Positions 38,895 through 48,360 are shown, numbered from the stretch's first letter. The stretch is 64,000 nucleotides of DNA from Acidobacteriota bacterium (GCA_965217775.1 CBDCJH010000002.1:1984001-2048000); one strand, 5' to 3'. Program-made: numbers and translations. The notes: a model not told the origin generated them from the sequence alone.

Positions 38895-39137
38895 AATCAA
38901 ATCCCATTCCCGCCCCTGCGGTCCCGCCACAGTCTCGATCAGGTCCTCCTGCGCGGCCAGGAAGGTCAACCCGGAGACGACGTAGCTCGGAGGTTGACAC
39001 TTGTCCCCCAATCGGGCGAGCTAATCGGCAACGCGCCGGTTCAACTTCGGAGCCGGCCTTGTCCGACCGGGCTGCTCGGACCGCAGTTCCGAGTGCCGTC
39101 CAAGCCAGCCTGCTATCCAGCCCGAAGGGAGCCCGCC

Positions 39138-39985
39138 ATGTTTAAACGCACCTCTGTCCTTTTTTTCGCCATGCTTGCATTCGCCGCCCCGGCCCGGGCG
39201 CAGAGCGAGACTGCCCGCTCGGGGGAACGGTGACCGACGAGAGACGCCAACAACTACTTCGCCAACAAGTCGGAGATCGGAAAGCTCCCCTTCAAACGAC
39301 ACCAGTTCGGTGCCACCGTGGGCGGACCCATCCTGCCGAACCGGACCTTCTTTTTCTTCGGCTACGAGGCGATGCGGGATCGCACCTCTCGGGCCCGATC
39401 CTTGAACTCCCCCACCACCAACGAGCGGCGCGGCGACTTCAGCCCGGACGGGGTCCTGCTGGGCCGGGACATCTTCGATCCCTTCAACTTGATGGAGGGA
39501 CGGAGGGTCCGGTTTCCCAACAACACCATTCCTCAGGACCGCTTCAACCCGGTGACGCAGAACATCATGAACAGCATGTTCGCGCCTTCGACTTCCCGCA
39601 CGGACAGCAGACGGTCGTCGGCTGGACCAAGCAGTTCGGGGCCTCCGTCACCAACGTGGCCAACTTCCCGCAACTGACGGGAGAAGCCTTCGGCGCGCAG
39701 GTGCGGTACGACACCCGGTGCTTCTCAATCAATCCGACCGATTACGGCAACTCGGTGGTCAATCCCATCTTCAGGGACGGTATCGTGAACCTGGATTTCG
39801 GCATGATGGAGCGCTTTTCTTTCTGGGAAAGCCGATACCTGGAGTTCCGGGCCGATGCCTTCAACCCGCTCACCAACGTCAACCTGGGAGGGCCGTCCGG
39901 AAGCGTCACCAGCGGAAGCTTCGGGCGCGTCAGCCCGGCCGCCATGGCCAGGCAGATCCAACTGGTCCTGAGGATCGTTTTTTGG
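39138..39985 (+). pseudogene. internally deleted TonB-dependent receptor (Acidobacteria-type)
   Basis: Signal peptide MFKRTSVLFFAMLAFAAPARAQ; QFGATVGGPI..NRTFFFFGYE, RRGDFS, FPNNTIP; LEFRADAFN..FGRV..ARQIQLVLRIVF, in different frames over only ~850 bp. Confidence 0.8.
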
Positions 39986-40064
39986 AGAGTAGATTCGGAA
40001 TCAGTCCGGTCCTTCGCGCCCGGTCTGCCTCGACCGGGCGCGAAGGACACGGGACCGACCCGTC

Positions 40065-41561
40065 CTATCGGAACCGGATCGAATACAAGTCCGCGTCTTT
40101 CATGACCAGGCGGAGGCGAACCGGCTGACCTGCCAGTTTGCTGACGTTGCGGCCTCCCTGCCATGAGACCACCCGCTCGATGTGGTCTCCGATGATCTCC
40201 GGACAGTCAGCCAAGGCGAAACCGGAGATGGGCTTGCCCGCCGCGTCCTGGATCTCCACCCGGAGGCTACCGGCGGCGGCGGTCGAGTAGTTGATTGTCA
40301 GTTCGCTGCCCTCGAACTTCAGCGGTCTGGTCAACAGCTCCCCACCCGAATAGGGAGCCCTCACCGAAACGAAACCGTCGGTCCTGAGGGTCAGACGCTC
40401 GATGTGATTGGACTTCTGACCGAAGTGGCGGTTCAGGTAAATGGATATCTCCGCGGGACCGGTCGGAACGATGCCCATGCCCGGGTAGTTGGTGCGGGTG
40501 GTCCAGTTCCGGGGACCGAGGCCCGGACGGATGAATCCTTCCCGGAAAGTGCGATCCACGTTCTTTCCTCCCCGGGAGGTCATGAGTATGGTTTCCGAAC
40601 AGTCACGCCAGATTTTCTCTCTCAATTTGGCGGACTTGGCCTCGGCGTCAGTCAGCGCCTGGCGGTCCGGCAGGAACCGCGCGACCAGGAGAAGATAGAT
40701 GTGGGGCGCGCGAAAATAGGCGCTCGCTCCGCATTCGTAGAATTGCTCCTCTTCGGTGGGCGGATGACTCCCGTAGTCCAAGTGCTCGAACCCACTCCAG
40801 TCGAGGAAGTCGGGCGACGTGGACCGGCCGATGGTGCGGATCAGGTTGCCTGACCGCTTGTCGTCAATCCGCGCATACTGGATGTACAGTTGCTCGCTCT
40901 CGCTCCAGAAGGGCTGGGTCAACCGGTCGCCTGCGTAGACCCGTTCCTCCCGCATCAGCTTCCAATTCAGACCGTCGCCGGAAGCGTAGGCCCGAACACC
41001 CACGTCCACGTCGAGCCGGGGCGGGGATCTCAAGCCCTTGAACCGTTGAGACGGGGGAACTCCCGGGCGGGTGTCCAGAAAAGGAATGAACGCCTGGTCC
41101 TTGAAGAGCGCGTTGTTGTTACGGGTCTTCTCCAGTCGAAAACGAGCCGGCCACTCGATCTCGATCCGGCGCAGGTTCGGCTTGGTCCAGTGGATGCCAT
41201 CTTCGCTGACGGCGTAGCACTGGTGCTCCACCACGAACGGATCCCCCCTTTGGTAGTCCGCAAAACCGCGGTAATACATGTGATACTTCTCGGGACCCTT
41301 GACCATCGCCGGGATGAAGGCGCTCCGGCCCTCCCAGGGTTCGTCGTATCGGAGCGCCACACCAGCCGGCCGGGGCGAGTGCAATTGGAGACGCACTCCG
41401 TCCAGGCGGTCAATCAGGTGATGATCGACGAACAGCTCCAGCCGCGACCCGATGTCCACAGGTTCGGAATGCCCGGCGGCGGATCCAACTTCCGGCAGGC
41501 GCACAGCCAGAAAAACCACCGCCCAGACGACCGGTCCGACGTCAAGCCGAATCATTCTCAT
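40065..41561 (-). CDS. secreted five-bladed beta-propeller glycoside-hydrolase-like protein
   Basis: Signal peptide, ELFVD, YHMYYRG, YAVSEDGIHWTKP, SGDGLNW, TLRTDGFVS, ADLYSIRF. Confidence 0.7.
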   Translation of the reverse strand: MRMIRLDVGPVVWAVVFLAVRLPEVGSAAGHSEPVDIGSRLELFVDHHLIDRLDGVRLQLHSPRPAGVALRYDEPWEGRSAFIPAMVKGPEKYHMYYRGFADYQRGDPFVVEHQCYAVSEDGIHWTKPNLRRIEIEWPARFRLEKTRNNNALFKDQAFIPFLDTRPGVPPSQRFKGLRSPPRLDVDVGVRAYASGDGLNWKLMREERVYAGDRLTQPFWSESEQLYIQYARIDDKRSGNLIRTIGRSTSPDFLDWSGFEHLDYGSHPPTEEEQFYECGASAYFRAPHIYLLLVARFLPDRQALTDAEAKSAKLREKIWRDCSETILMTSRGGKNVDRTFREGFIRPGLGPRNWTTRTNYPGMGIVPTGPAEISIYLNRHFGQKSNHIERLTLRTDGFVSVRAPYSGGELLTRPLKFEGSELTINYSTAAAGSLRVEIQDAAGKPISGFALADCPEIIGDHIERVVSWQGGRNVSKLAGQPVRLRLVMKDADLYSIRFR

Positions 41562-41621
41562 TGCACCTGCCTTTCACGGGGAAGGCCCGGAATCATCCCG
41601 GTCCGCCACCGGCCGATTCCA

Positions 41622-42260
41622 TCATGCACCATCCTTGGAGTCGACGATGGTCAGCTCCTGGCGGCGGATGACCCGTTGGCCGCTGATCCGATCGTCCAAG
41701 TGGATGACGATACGATAAGGTCCTGGGGAAAGATCCCCCAGATCGATCTCGCGAAACAGCGCCAGCCGGTCTCCCAGGGCGATGACCTTGGGAGCATCTC
41801 GCAGGACCACTCGGCCCTCACGGGCCAGCACCAGCTCCGCCAACAGGAAGGGTTGGCTGGATGCCTGGTCCACGGCGACTTCATACGCCTCCATGTAGAG
41901 AATACATCGATCCCGGTTGGTGAACCGGCGGGTCAGTTTGGGGAAGACCTTGAAACCACTGGGCACGACGAAGGGATCGGTGAGGTCCACGCCGGGGTCG
42001 GAGGAGAGGATCTTGTCGGCCAGCAGCATGGTGCTCGTAGCCAGTCCCTTTTCTTCGAACGGGCCGACCCGGATCGGCCGGGCCGAGACGGACATCTTGC
42101 CGCTGTTCTCGTCCTGTACCACCAAGGTCAGCTTGTAGGTTCCCGGTTTCAGAGGGATGGCCTTCTGATAGGTGGCCACACCGGCGACTCCCTCGGGCAC
42201 CGGACCTGGAAGCTGGTCGGCGTGGAGCATGTCCTCGAACTCGTAGACACCGCGGCATCC
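41622..42260 (-). pseudogene. C-terminal fragment of a GWxTD-domain protein
   Basis: VYEFED..YQKAIPLKPGTYKLTLVVQD.NSG, LATSTMLLAD, FVV..KVFP, LSPGPYRI; the 5' part is missing next to a MITE. Confidence 0.6.
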
Positions 42261-42363
42261 GACCGGAGCGCATTACCGGTCTCGGCGCTTCGCTGGACTT
42301 TCGGGAAAGATGGTTGCGGGTATTCTATCACTCCGCCGGGAGTTCTGACTTCCTCCCGCCTGG

Positions 42364-42522
42364 GAGTCTGCGCGGTAGAAATGATCGTAGCGAGAAAGTG
42401 GGGAATCGAGGCCAGATTTTCTCGATTTGGAGGTGCATAGTTGTTCTATTCGCCGAGAAATCGGGGAAATATGGACCGATTCTACCGCTTTCGCAGTAGA
42501 TCAATTTCTGCCGCGCAGGCTC
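42364..42522 (+). mobile_element. 159-bp MITE, copy 1
   Basis: TIRs GAGTCTGCGCGGTAGAAA / TTTCTGCCGCGCAGGCTC; CTGG on both sides; near-identical inverted copy at 44706. Confidence 0.88.
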
Positions 42523-42540
42523 CTGGTCCGGGGCCGGCTC

Positions 42541-43452
42541 TCAGGTTCCTGGAACGTATCGCTGCAGGGCCCGGGTCGACAGGAAACCGAGAAGGGCGAT
42601 AGCGGGTCCGCCGAGCCCCGGAGAGACGGCGGCGATGAGGACCCCGTCCAACAGGGAGATTCCGGCGATGAGGCCGGTGACGGCGCGAGGAACGTTTCTG
42701 CGCCGCGCCGAGAGAAAGGACGCGGACCACAGCGTCCAGACCAGAAACCAGGGTATCAACAGAAACAACGCCGGGTGGGACGCGTCCCAGATGACCCGGT
42801 GCAGCCCGAATACCAGCGGGGCGAGGAGCAGGAGCGCGGGCCAGACGGCCTTCACCCGATTGAGATCCTCCTGGGCGGCCAGGAAGGTCAACCCGGCGAC
42901 GTAGCTCACCAGCACCAGCGCACCGGTCCAGACTTGGAGGGAGAGGGACCCGGCCATCATGGAAGCGGCGATCAGGTAGATCAGTCCGCGGCAGAGCGCC
43001 ATCGCCACCGGGCCGAGGGGATCGGTCTTGTGCCGGTAGTTGTAGTAGACGATCACGGCGCCCAGAACCACCCCTGCGCCCAGCGACTCCGGACGCGGAC
43101 CGGACTGCTGCACCGAGGCCGCGTAGAGCCCCGATTGGCCCAGAGCCAGGAATCCGAAGCCCAGGGCGTAGACCTCGAACCGGCCGATCTCGCCGGATGG
43201 AATGGGGCGGCTCGGACGGGACCTCTCGTCGTGCCGGTGGTCGAAGGCATCGTTGAGGAACATGCCCCCGGTGTAGAAGCAGGAGAGTGCGGCTGCCAGG
43301 AGCAGCAAGGTGGGCAGCTCCGGAGTCGCGCCGGAGAGAGCGGCTCCGGCCAGGCAGTTGGTCCAGACGGTGGGCAGATTGGACACGCGCCCCAGGTCCA
43401 GGTAGACGCGCCAGCGGGGCCTGCGTCCAGGCAACGGCGTTGGCGCGCTCAT
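42541..43452 (-). CDS. eboC: UbiA-family prenyltransferase, EboC-like
   Basis: LGRVSNLPTVWTN, YTGGMFLNDAFD..D..RP.RPIPSG, MALCRGL, LIAGISLLDG; adjacent to eboE. Confidence 0.82.
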   Translation of the reverse strand: MSAPTPLPGRRPRWRVYLDLGRVSNLPTVWTNCLAGAALSGATPELPTLLLLAAALSCFYTGGMFLNDAFDHRHDERSRPSRPIPSGEIGRFEVYALGFGFLALGQSGLYAASVQQSGPRPESLGAGVVLGAVIVYYNYRHKTDPLGPVAMALCRGLIYLIAASMMAGSLSLQVWTGALVLVSYVAGLTFLAAQEDLNRVKAVWPALLLLAPLVFGLHRVIWDASHPALFLLIPWFLVWTLWSASFLSARRRNVPRAVTGLIAGISLLDGVLIAAVSPGLGGPAIALLGFLSTRALQRYVPGT

Positions 43453-44678
43453 TGCAGGAGCCGGTCCCGCGCCCAGGCCAGCTCGCGGGCGATGGCGTCA
43501 GTCGTATCCAGGGTCTTGTAACGCGGGGGGAGAACGTCCCAGGTATAGGTCTCCACCTCCAGATAGGGACATGCGGGTTTCGATTTCAGGCGGACCAGCA
43601 GCGCCGCCAGGTCATCCTGAGTGGTGTCGAAGCCGCTCATGCGGGAGAGGAAGACGGGAACGTGGAAATGGACTCTCCATTCCTTCCGGATGCCGGGCGA
43701 TCCGGCGCCTTCTCCCTGGAAATCCGTCTCCCGGTCCAGCGCCTGCGGCAGGTCCTGATAGCGGACGACTCCCCGCTCCGACGTCTCCACCACCTGGTGC
43801 AGGTAGGTCTCCTCGGCGAAAGGCCGCAACCTCCGTTCGGGGCTGCCGTCCCCCTCCCGGAACCGGAGGCGCAGAGCCGAACTGACTTGAACCTTCAGAA
43901 TTCGGATCGCCGCGGCTTCCAGTCGATCCAGCACCTCCGCCGGTTCCTCGAATTCCACGGCCACGTGACAGGCGTCAACGCAGATTCCCAGGTGCCTCCG
44001 AGCGACGCGCTCCGCTTGGCCCCGGGTCAGGCCCAGCTCCCGGACCAGGGTCCCGAGTCCTTCCTCCGAGAAGACATGGCCTTCGAAATAGGCCACCACG
44101 TCGTCCGTCGTTTCCAGGAAGCAGCAGGGCTCGGGCTCCAGCGCCAGGGTAATGGTTTTTCCCGTCTGGTCCCGAAGCCGGTGGAGGTAAGCGACGCTGC
44201 GGAGCATCATCTCGGCCATCCGGCGAACGTCGCCAGAGGAACCGATCTCCGTCCGAAAAGCTCCCGGAACCGTGCTGATGCTCCCTTCCATGGCCGTATC
44301 GGCGGGCAGCAGGCGAGCCAGAATCCCGGCCAACCGGTTCGTGTATTTCAAGCGGACCCGATCTCTCCAGTCCGGGAGATAGACGTTCTCCTTGACCCGG
44401 GCGCGGTGGAAGACACCGTAGGGAAATCCGTTGATGGTGAAGACGTAGGCCCCTTCCGTTGTCAGGAACTCCCGAAGCGCATCCAGATTTTCGGGACGAG
44501 CCAGGGCGTCGGCGGCCTGGCCCGAAAGACGCAGCCCGATGGCGAAGGGTTGGTCCGGACAAAGCTGGTCTCGAACCGCGCCCGGATAGGTTATGAGATT
44601 CTCCCAGACCTCGGGCCAGGTCTCGCCGGGATGGATGTTCAAGCAGTAGGTCAGATGGAATCCCGGGACCAGTTGCAT
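43449..44678 (-). CDS. eboE: metabolite traffic protein EboE (TIM-barrel)
   Basis: HLTYCLNIHPGETW, FTINGFPYG.FH..VKENVYLPDW, LALEPEP, YLHQV, WRVHFHVP, LEVETYTW. Confidence 0.9.
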   Translation of the reverse strand: MQLVPGFHLTYCLNIHPGETWPEVWENLITYPGAVRDQLCPDQPFAIGLRLSGQAADALARPENLDALREFLTTEGAYVFTINGFPYGVFHRARVKENVYLPDWRDRVRLKYTNRLAGILARLLPADTAMEGSISTVPGAFRTEIGSSGDVRRMAEMMLRSVAYLHRLRDQTGKTITLALEPEPCCFLETTDDVVAYFEGHVFSEEGLGTLVRELGLTRGQAERVARRHLGICVDACHVAVEFEEPAEVLDRLEAAAIRILKVQVSSALRLRFREGDGSPERRLRPFAEETYLHQVVETSERGVVRYQDLPQALDRETDFQGEGAGSPGIRKEWRVHFHVPVFLSRMSGFDTTQDDLAALLVRLKSKPACPYLEVETYTWDVLPPRYKTLDTTDAIARELAWARDRLLQ

Positions 44679-44705
44679 CGTGCCTCAGCGCGTCACCCGA
44701 CCTGG

Positions 44706-44864
44706 GAGCCTGCGCGGCAGAAATTGATCTACTGCGAAAGCGGTAGAATCGGTCCATATTTCCCCGATTTCTCGGCGAATAGAACGACTATGCACCTCCA
44801 AATCGAGAAAATCTGGCCTCGATTCCCCGCTTTCTCGCTACGATCATTCCTGCCGCGCAGACTC
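44706..44864 (-). mobile_element. 159-bp MITE, copy 2 (inverted)
   Basis: Reverse complement of 42364-42522 with a few substitutions; contains the stop codon of the upstream cyclase ORF. Confidence 0.88.
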
Positions 44865-46058
44865 CCAGGGAAGTTCGGTCTCGGCCACACCGGCGCCGAC
44901 CCTTCCGAACGAGTGCCGAAGCCATTCCATGGAATCGAGCAGGAGCCGGTCGTCCATTTCCGTCACCTCGAAACTGTCGCCGATGTCTCGAATCAGGCTG
45001 ATGTGGAGTTTTCCGCCCAGATGTTCCCGAAACTCGGTCAGTCCCTCCAGAACCACCCTCTGCCCGCTCCGAGTCGTGGAGAGGGCCTCATCCCAGACCG
45101 GCAGGCCCAGGTTTCGGAGCAGGGAAAGGACTCGATTCAGGACCCTCCGCTTCAGGAAACCGGCCCGGACCGAGTAGACCAGATCCAGGGCCATTCCGAT
45201 GGCGACCGCTTCTCCATGCCGGAGCCGGCTCCGGGTCATGGACTCCAGCTTGTGGGCGGACCAGTGGCCGAAATCCAGTGGCCGCGCGCTGCCGAACTCG
45301 AAGGGATCTCCGGAACTGCGAATGTGTTCCAGGTGGAGTTCCGCGGAGCGCCGAATCTGGTAGTGGAGTGGCTCCGCCACGCCTCGGGAGAGTTCCGAGA
45401 CGTTCTTCTCCAGATACTCGAAAAAGGGACGGTCCCGGATCAGGGCCACCTTGACGGCCTCGGCGATGCCGGCGATCTGGTCCCGATGCTCCAGGGTCTC
45501 GATCAGGGAACGGTCGTTGACGACCGCGAAGGGCGGGCTGAAGGCGCCCAGAAAGTTCTTCTTCCCGAACAGATTGACCCCGTTCTTGACCCCCACTCCG
45601 GAATCGCTCTGGGCGAGGACGGTGCTGGGGATCCGGATGACGCGGACCCCCCGGTGGCAGATGGAGGCCGCAAATCCCGCGGCATCCAGGACCGCACCCC
45701 CTCCCACGATCACCATGAAGGATTGACGGTCCAGGCCCAGCCGGTTCATCGTCTCCACCAGGGTCAGGACATGGCGGAGGTCCGCCTTGACGGCCTCGCC
45801 GCCGACCACCTCCACGGGCTCGCAGACCAGTTCCAGTCCCTGCTGCCGAGCATCGGCGTAGGCTGTGATTTGTGTGCGCAACCGGGGCTGAGCACGAGAG
45901 ACATTCTCGTCGATCACGAAGAAGAGACGGTGGCGCCGGTCCGATTCGAGACGGTTCACCACCCGCGAGAAGACCGGATTCAGCGGATCGAAGACACCCT
46001 CCGTGAAGATCACCGGGTAGTCATAGTCGAGGGTGAATCTCTGGTTGACGATCTCCAT
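44844..46058 (-). CDS. 3-dehydroquinate synthase-like sugar-phosphate cyclase (EboD-like)
   Basis: GGEAVK, VGGGAVLDAAGFAA, PSTVLAQSDSGVGVKNG, EAVKVALI, DPFEFGSARPLDFGHWSAHKLE, HGEAVAIG; start may be 46097. Confidence 0.85.
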   Translation of the reverse strand: MEIVNQRFTLDYDYPVIFTEGVFDPLNPVFSRVVNRLESDRRHRLFFVIDENVSRAQPRLRTQITAYADARQQGLELVCEPVEVVGGEAVKADLRHVLTLVETMNRLGLDRQSFMVIVGGGAVLDAAGFAASICHRGVRVIRIPSTVLAQSDSGVGVKNGVNLFGKKNFLGAFSPPFAVVNDRSLIETLEHRDQIAGIAEAVKVALIRDRPFFEYLEKNVSELSRGVAEPLHYQIRRSAELHLEHIRSSGDPFEFGSARPLDFGHWSAHKLESMTRSRLRHGEAVAIGMALDLVYSVRAGFLKRRVLNRVLSLLRNLGLPVWDEALSTTRSGQRVVLEGLTEFREHLGGKLHISLIRDIGDSFEVTEMDDRLLLDSMEWLRHSFGRVGAGVAETELPWESARQE

Positions 46059-46322
46059 GTCGTGAGCGCCAGGAGCGGAAGGATTGGGGGGCGACATCGC
46101 TCAACACAGTGCCGGTAAAGAACTTGTAGTCTACCACAGGGCTGGAGACGCAAAAGTCCCACCAATTTCAGACCTCGTGAGAAACCTGGAGGGGTGACTT
46201 CCAGTCGCCTGTTCCTCCGTTCCCGCGTGCTCATTCCCCCATGCTCTGTCCGGATTTCGGCGGTTGGAAACCGCCGCTCCCTGGAGCTATCGCGCCGGAA
46301 GAGGCACAGGTAGAATGAACCG

Positions 46323-46736
46323 ATGCGGTCATCTCGTTCGAGCCTCCGGTTCTTCCCTGCTCTGGGCGCGATTTTCGGTCTCGTGAGCGTGGCGGCGGGC
46401 GCCTTCGGGTCCCATGTCCTGGAAGCGAAGCTTTCCGGCGACAGGTTGGAGATCTTCGAATTGGCCACCCGCTACCTCATGGTTCACGCTCTGGCCCTAC
46501 TCCTGCTGGGCGCCCTGTCCGGCCGCCTGGAACCGAGGTGCGGAGTCCTGGCCGGATGGGGGTTCTGCGCCGGAGCGATCCTCTTCTCGGGAACGCTCTA
46601 CGCCTACAGCCTGACCGCCGCGCTCGGCTGGGTGATGCTGACTCCCGTAGGGGGGACGCTTCTGCTGGCCGGGTGGGCGTGTCTGCTCTGGGCCTGTTGG
46701 CCTCGGAGCCGCGGTTCGGAATCGGACAGGAATTGA
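46323..46736 (+). CDS. DUF423 (YgdD/TMEM256) membrane protein
   Basis: AGAFGSH, RYLMVHAL, LFSGTLY, TPVGGTLLLAGW. Confidence 0.88.
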   Translation: MRSSRSSLRFFPALGAIFGLVSVAAGAFGSHVLEAKLSGDRLEIFELATRYLMVHALALLLLGALSGRLEPRCGVLAGWGFCAGAILFSGTLYAYSLTAALGWVMLTPVGGTLLLAGWACLLWACWPRSRGSESDRN

Positions 46737-47455
46737 TGGCGCCGGGAAAACTCAGGCCGCAGGTCTCGGTGATCATCCCCGCTCTCGATGAAGAGACCGG
46801 GATCGCAAGGTCCATTGCCAGTGCGGTCCAAGAGCCGTACGTCGAGGTCATCGTCGTCGACGGGGGCAGCCGGGATGAAACGGTCCGGGTGGCCCGCCGG
46901 CAAGGCGCCAAGACGCTGTCGGTCCCTGCAGGGCGAGCCCGCCAGATGAACGCGGGAGCCCGGGCATCCAGCGGCGAATATCTGGTCTTCCTGCATGCGG
47001 ACACGATCCTTCCTTCGAACTATGCCGGCCTGGTTCGACGCCTGCTGGCATCTCCCGACGTGGTGGCGGGAGCCTTTCGGCTGGGTATCGAGGGTCGGCG
47101 GCGAAGTCTCCGCTGGGTCGAGACGGGAGCCAACTGGAGATCCCGGTGGCTCCAACTCCCTTACGGAGACCAGGCCCTCTTCGTGCGGTCCCGACTCTTT
47201 TCCGATTTGGGAGGCTATGCGGATCTTCCCATCATGGAGGATTACGACCTGGTTCAGAGGCTGCGCCGAAGAGGCCGCGTCATATTGGCCCCGGAAGCCG
47301 TCGTCACCTCGGCGAGGCGTTGGGAACGCCTGGGCGTGGTGAGAACGACGCTGTTCAATCAGGTCATGGTGACGGGCCATCTCCTGGGCGTGTCCCCTCG
47401 GAAGATGGCCCGGATCTACCGGCGCACGGCGGCGTTCCCGCCGCTGCCCAAATGA
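46736..47455 (+). CDS. GT2 glycosyltransferase (TIGR04283-like)
   Basis: SVIIPALDE, VVDGGS.D.T, GRARQMNAGA, FLHADT, LPYGDQALF, PIMED, TSARRW. Confidence 0.88.
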   Translation: MAPGKLRPQVSVIIPALDEETGIARSIASAVQEPYVEVIVVDGGSRDETVRVARRQGAKTLSVPAGRARQMNAGARASSGEYLVFLHADTILPSNYAGLVRRLLASPDVVAGAFRLGIEGRRRSLRWVETGANWRSRWLQLPYGDQALFVRSRLFSDLGGYADLPIMEDYDLVQRLRRRGRVILAPEAVVTSARRWERLGVVRTTLFNQVMVTGHLLGVSPRKMARIYRRTAAFPPLPK

Positions 47456-47475
47456 TGATTCGTCAAAAACGCGGG

Positions 47476-48360
47476 CTAAAGACCCGCCAGTTGCTCCAGA
47501 ACCTTGACCAGAGCCTGCGTCCCTTCCAGGCCCTCTCCCCGGGCCTGAGAGGTGCGAAACAACTGGTTCACCAGAGAGGTCGCCGGAAGCGCGGCCTGGG
47601 CAGCAGCGCCACTCTCCATCACCAGGCGGAGATCCTTCTGGATGAGATCGACCATGAACCCCGGGGCGAAGTCGCGATTCACGACTCGGGGAGCCAGGTT
47701 GCTCAACTGCCAGCTACCCGCCGCCCCTCCCTTGACGGCTTCGATCATCACCCGCTGGTCCAAGCCGTTCTTCCCGGCGAAGATCAGAGCTTCGCTGACC
47801 CCCATGAGGGTGACCGCCACCAGAATCTGGTTGCACAACTTGGTCAACTGGCCACTCCCCACGGGCCCACAATAGGTAATGGTCTTGCCCATGGTCTCGA
47901 ATATGGGCACCGCCCGATCAAAGGCCTCGCGGTCCCCGCCGGCCATGATGGCCAAGGTGGCATTCTGTGCCCCCACGTCGCCTCCCGACACGGGCGCATC
48001 CACCAGAGCGCATCCCTTTTCCTGGAGTTGCCGGTCCAGATCGCGCTCCACCTGGGGCGAGATGGTGCTCATGTCCATCACCACCGAGCCCGGTCGAATC
48101 CCGTCCAGAACGCCCTCCGGCCCGGCGACCACCTCTTGGACGTCCGGGGAGTCGGAGACCATGGTGATGATCATCCGGGAATTCGCGGCCACCTCTCGAG
48201 GAGAAGCAGCCACGTCGGCCCCTTCCGCTTCCAGTGACCGGGTCTTGGACCGGGTGCGGTTGTAGACCGTGACGGGATACCCGGCCTTCAAGATGTGTCC
48301 GGCCATGGGGAGCCCCATGATGCCGAGCCCGATGAAACCGACGGATGGCTTGTTCGCCAT
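47476..48360 (-). CDS. NAD(P)-dependent beta-hydroxyacid dehydrogenase (2-hydroxy-3-oxopropionate reductase-like)
   Basis: GFIGLGIMGLPMA, DAPVSGG, GSGQLTKLCNQ, F.VDLIQKDL. Confidence 0.9.
   Translation of the reverse strand: MANKPSVGFIGLGIMGLPMAGHILKAGYPVTVYNRTRSKTRSLEAEGADVAASPREVAANSRMIITMVSDSPDVQEVVAGPEGVLDGIRPGSVVMDMSTISPQVERDLDRQLQEKGCALVDAPVSGGDVGAQNATLAIMAGGDREAFDRAVPIFETMGKTITYCGPVGSGQLTKLCNQILVAVTLMGVSEALIFAGKNGLDQRVMIEAVKGGAAGSWQLSNLAPRVVNRDFAPGFMVDLIQKDLRLVMESGAAAQAALPATSLVNQLFRTSQARGEGLEGTQALVKVLEQLAGL

Noticed and set aside
37641-38900. Canonical IS605-type reading of the tnpB element (TTGAT target, right end TTCAC)
   Set aside because: Both motifs fall within or overlap the 8-bp duplication and no subterminal hairpins are visible. 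TIRs plus a perfect direct repeat explain the ends better. Kept only as the refuting alternative.
43287-46118. Very long alternative ORFs (e.g. 943 aa here; also 2665-4410, 7302-9245, 23384-25123)
   Set aside because: Antisense shadows of well-supported genes in high-GC DNA, with no recognisable motifs.
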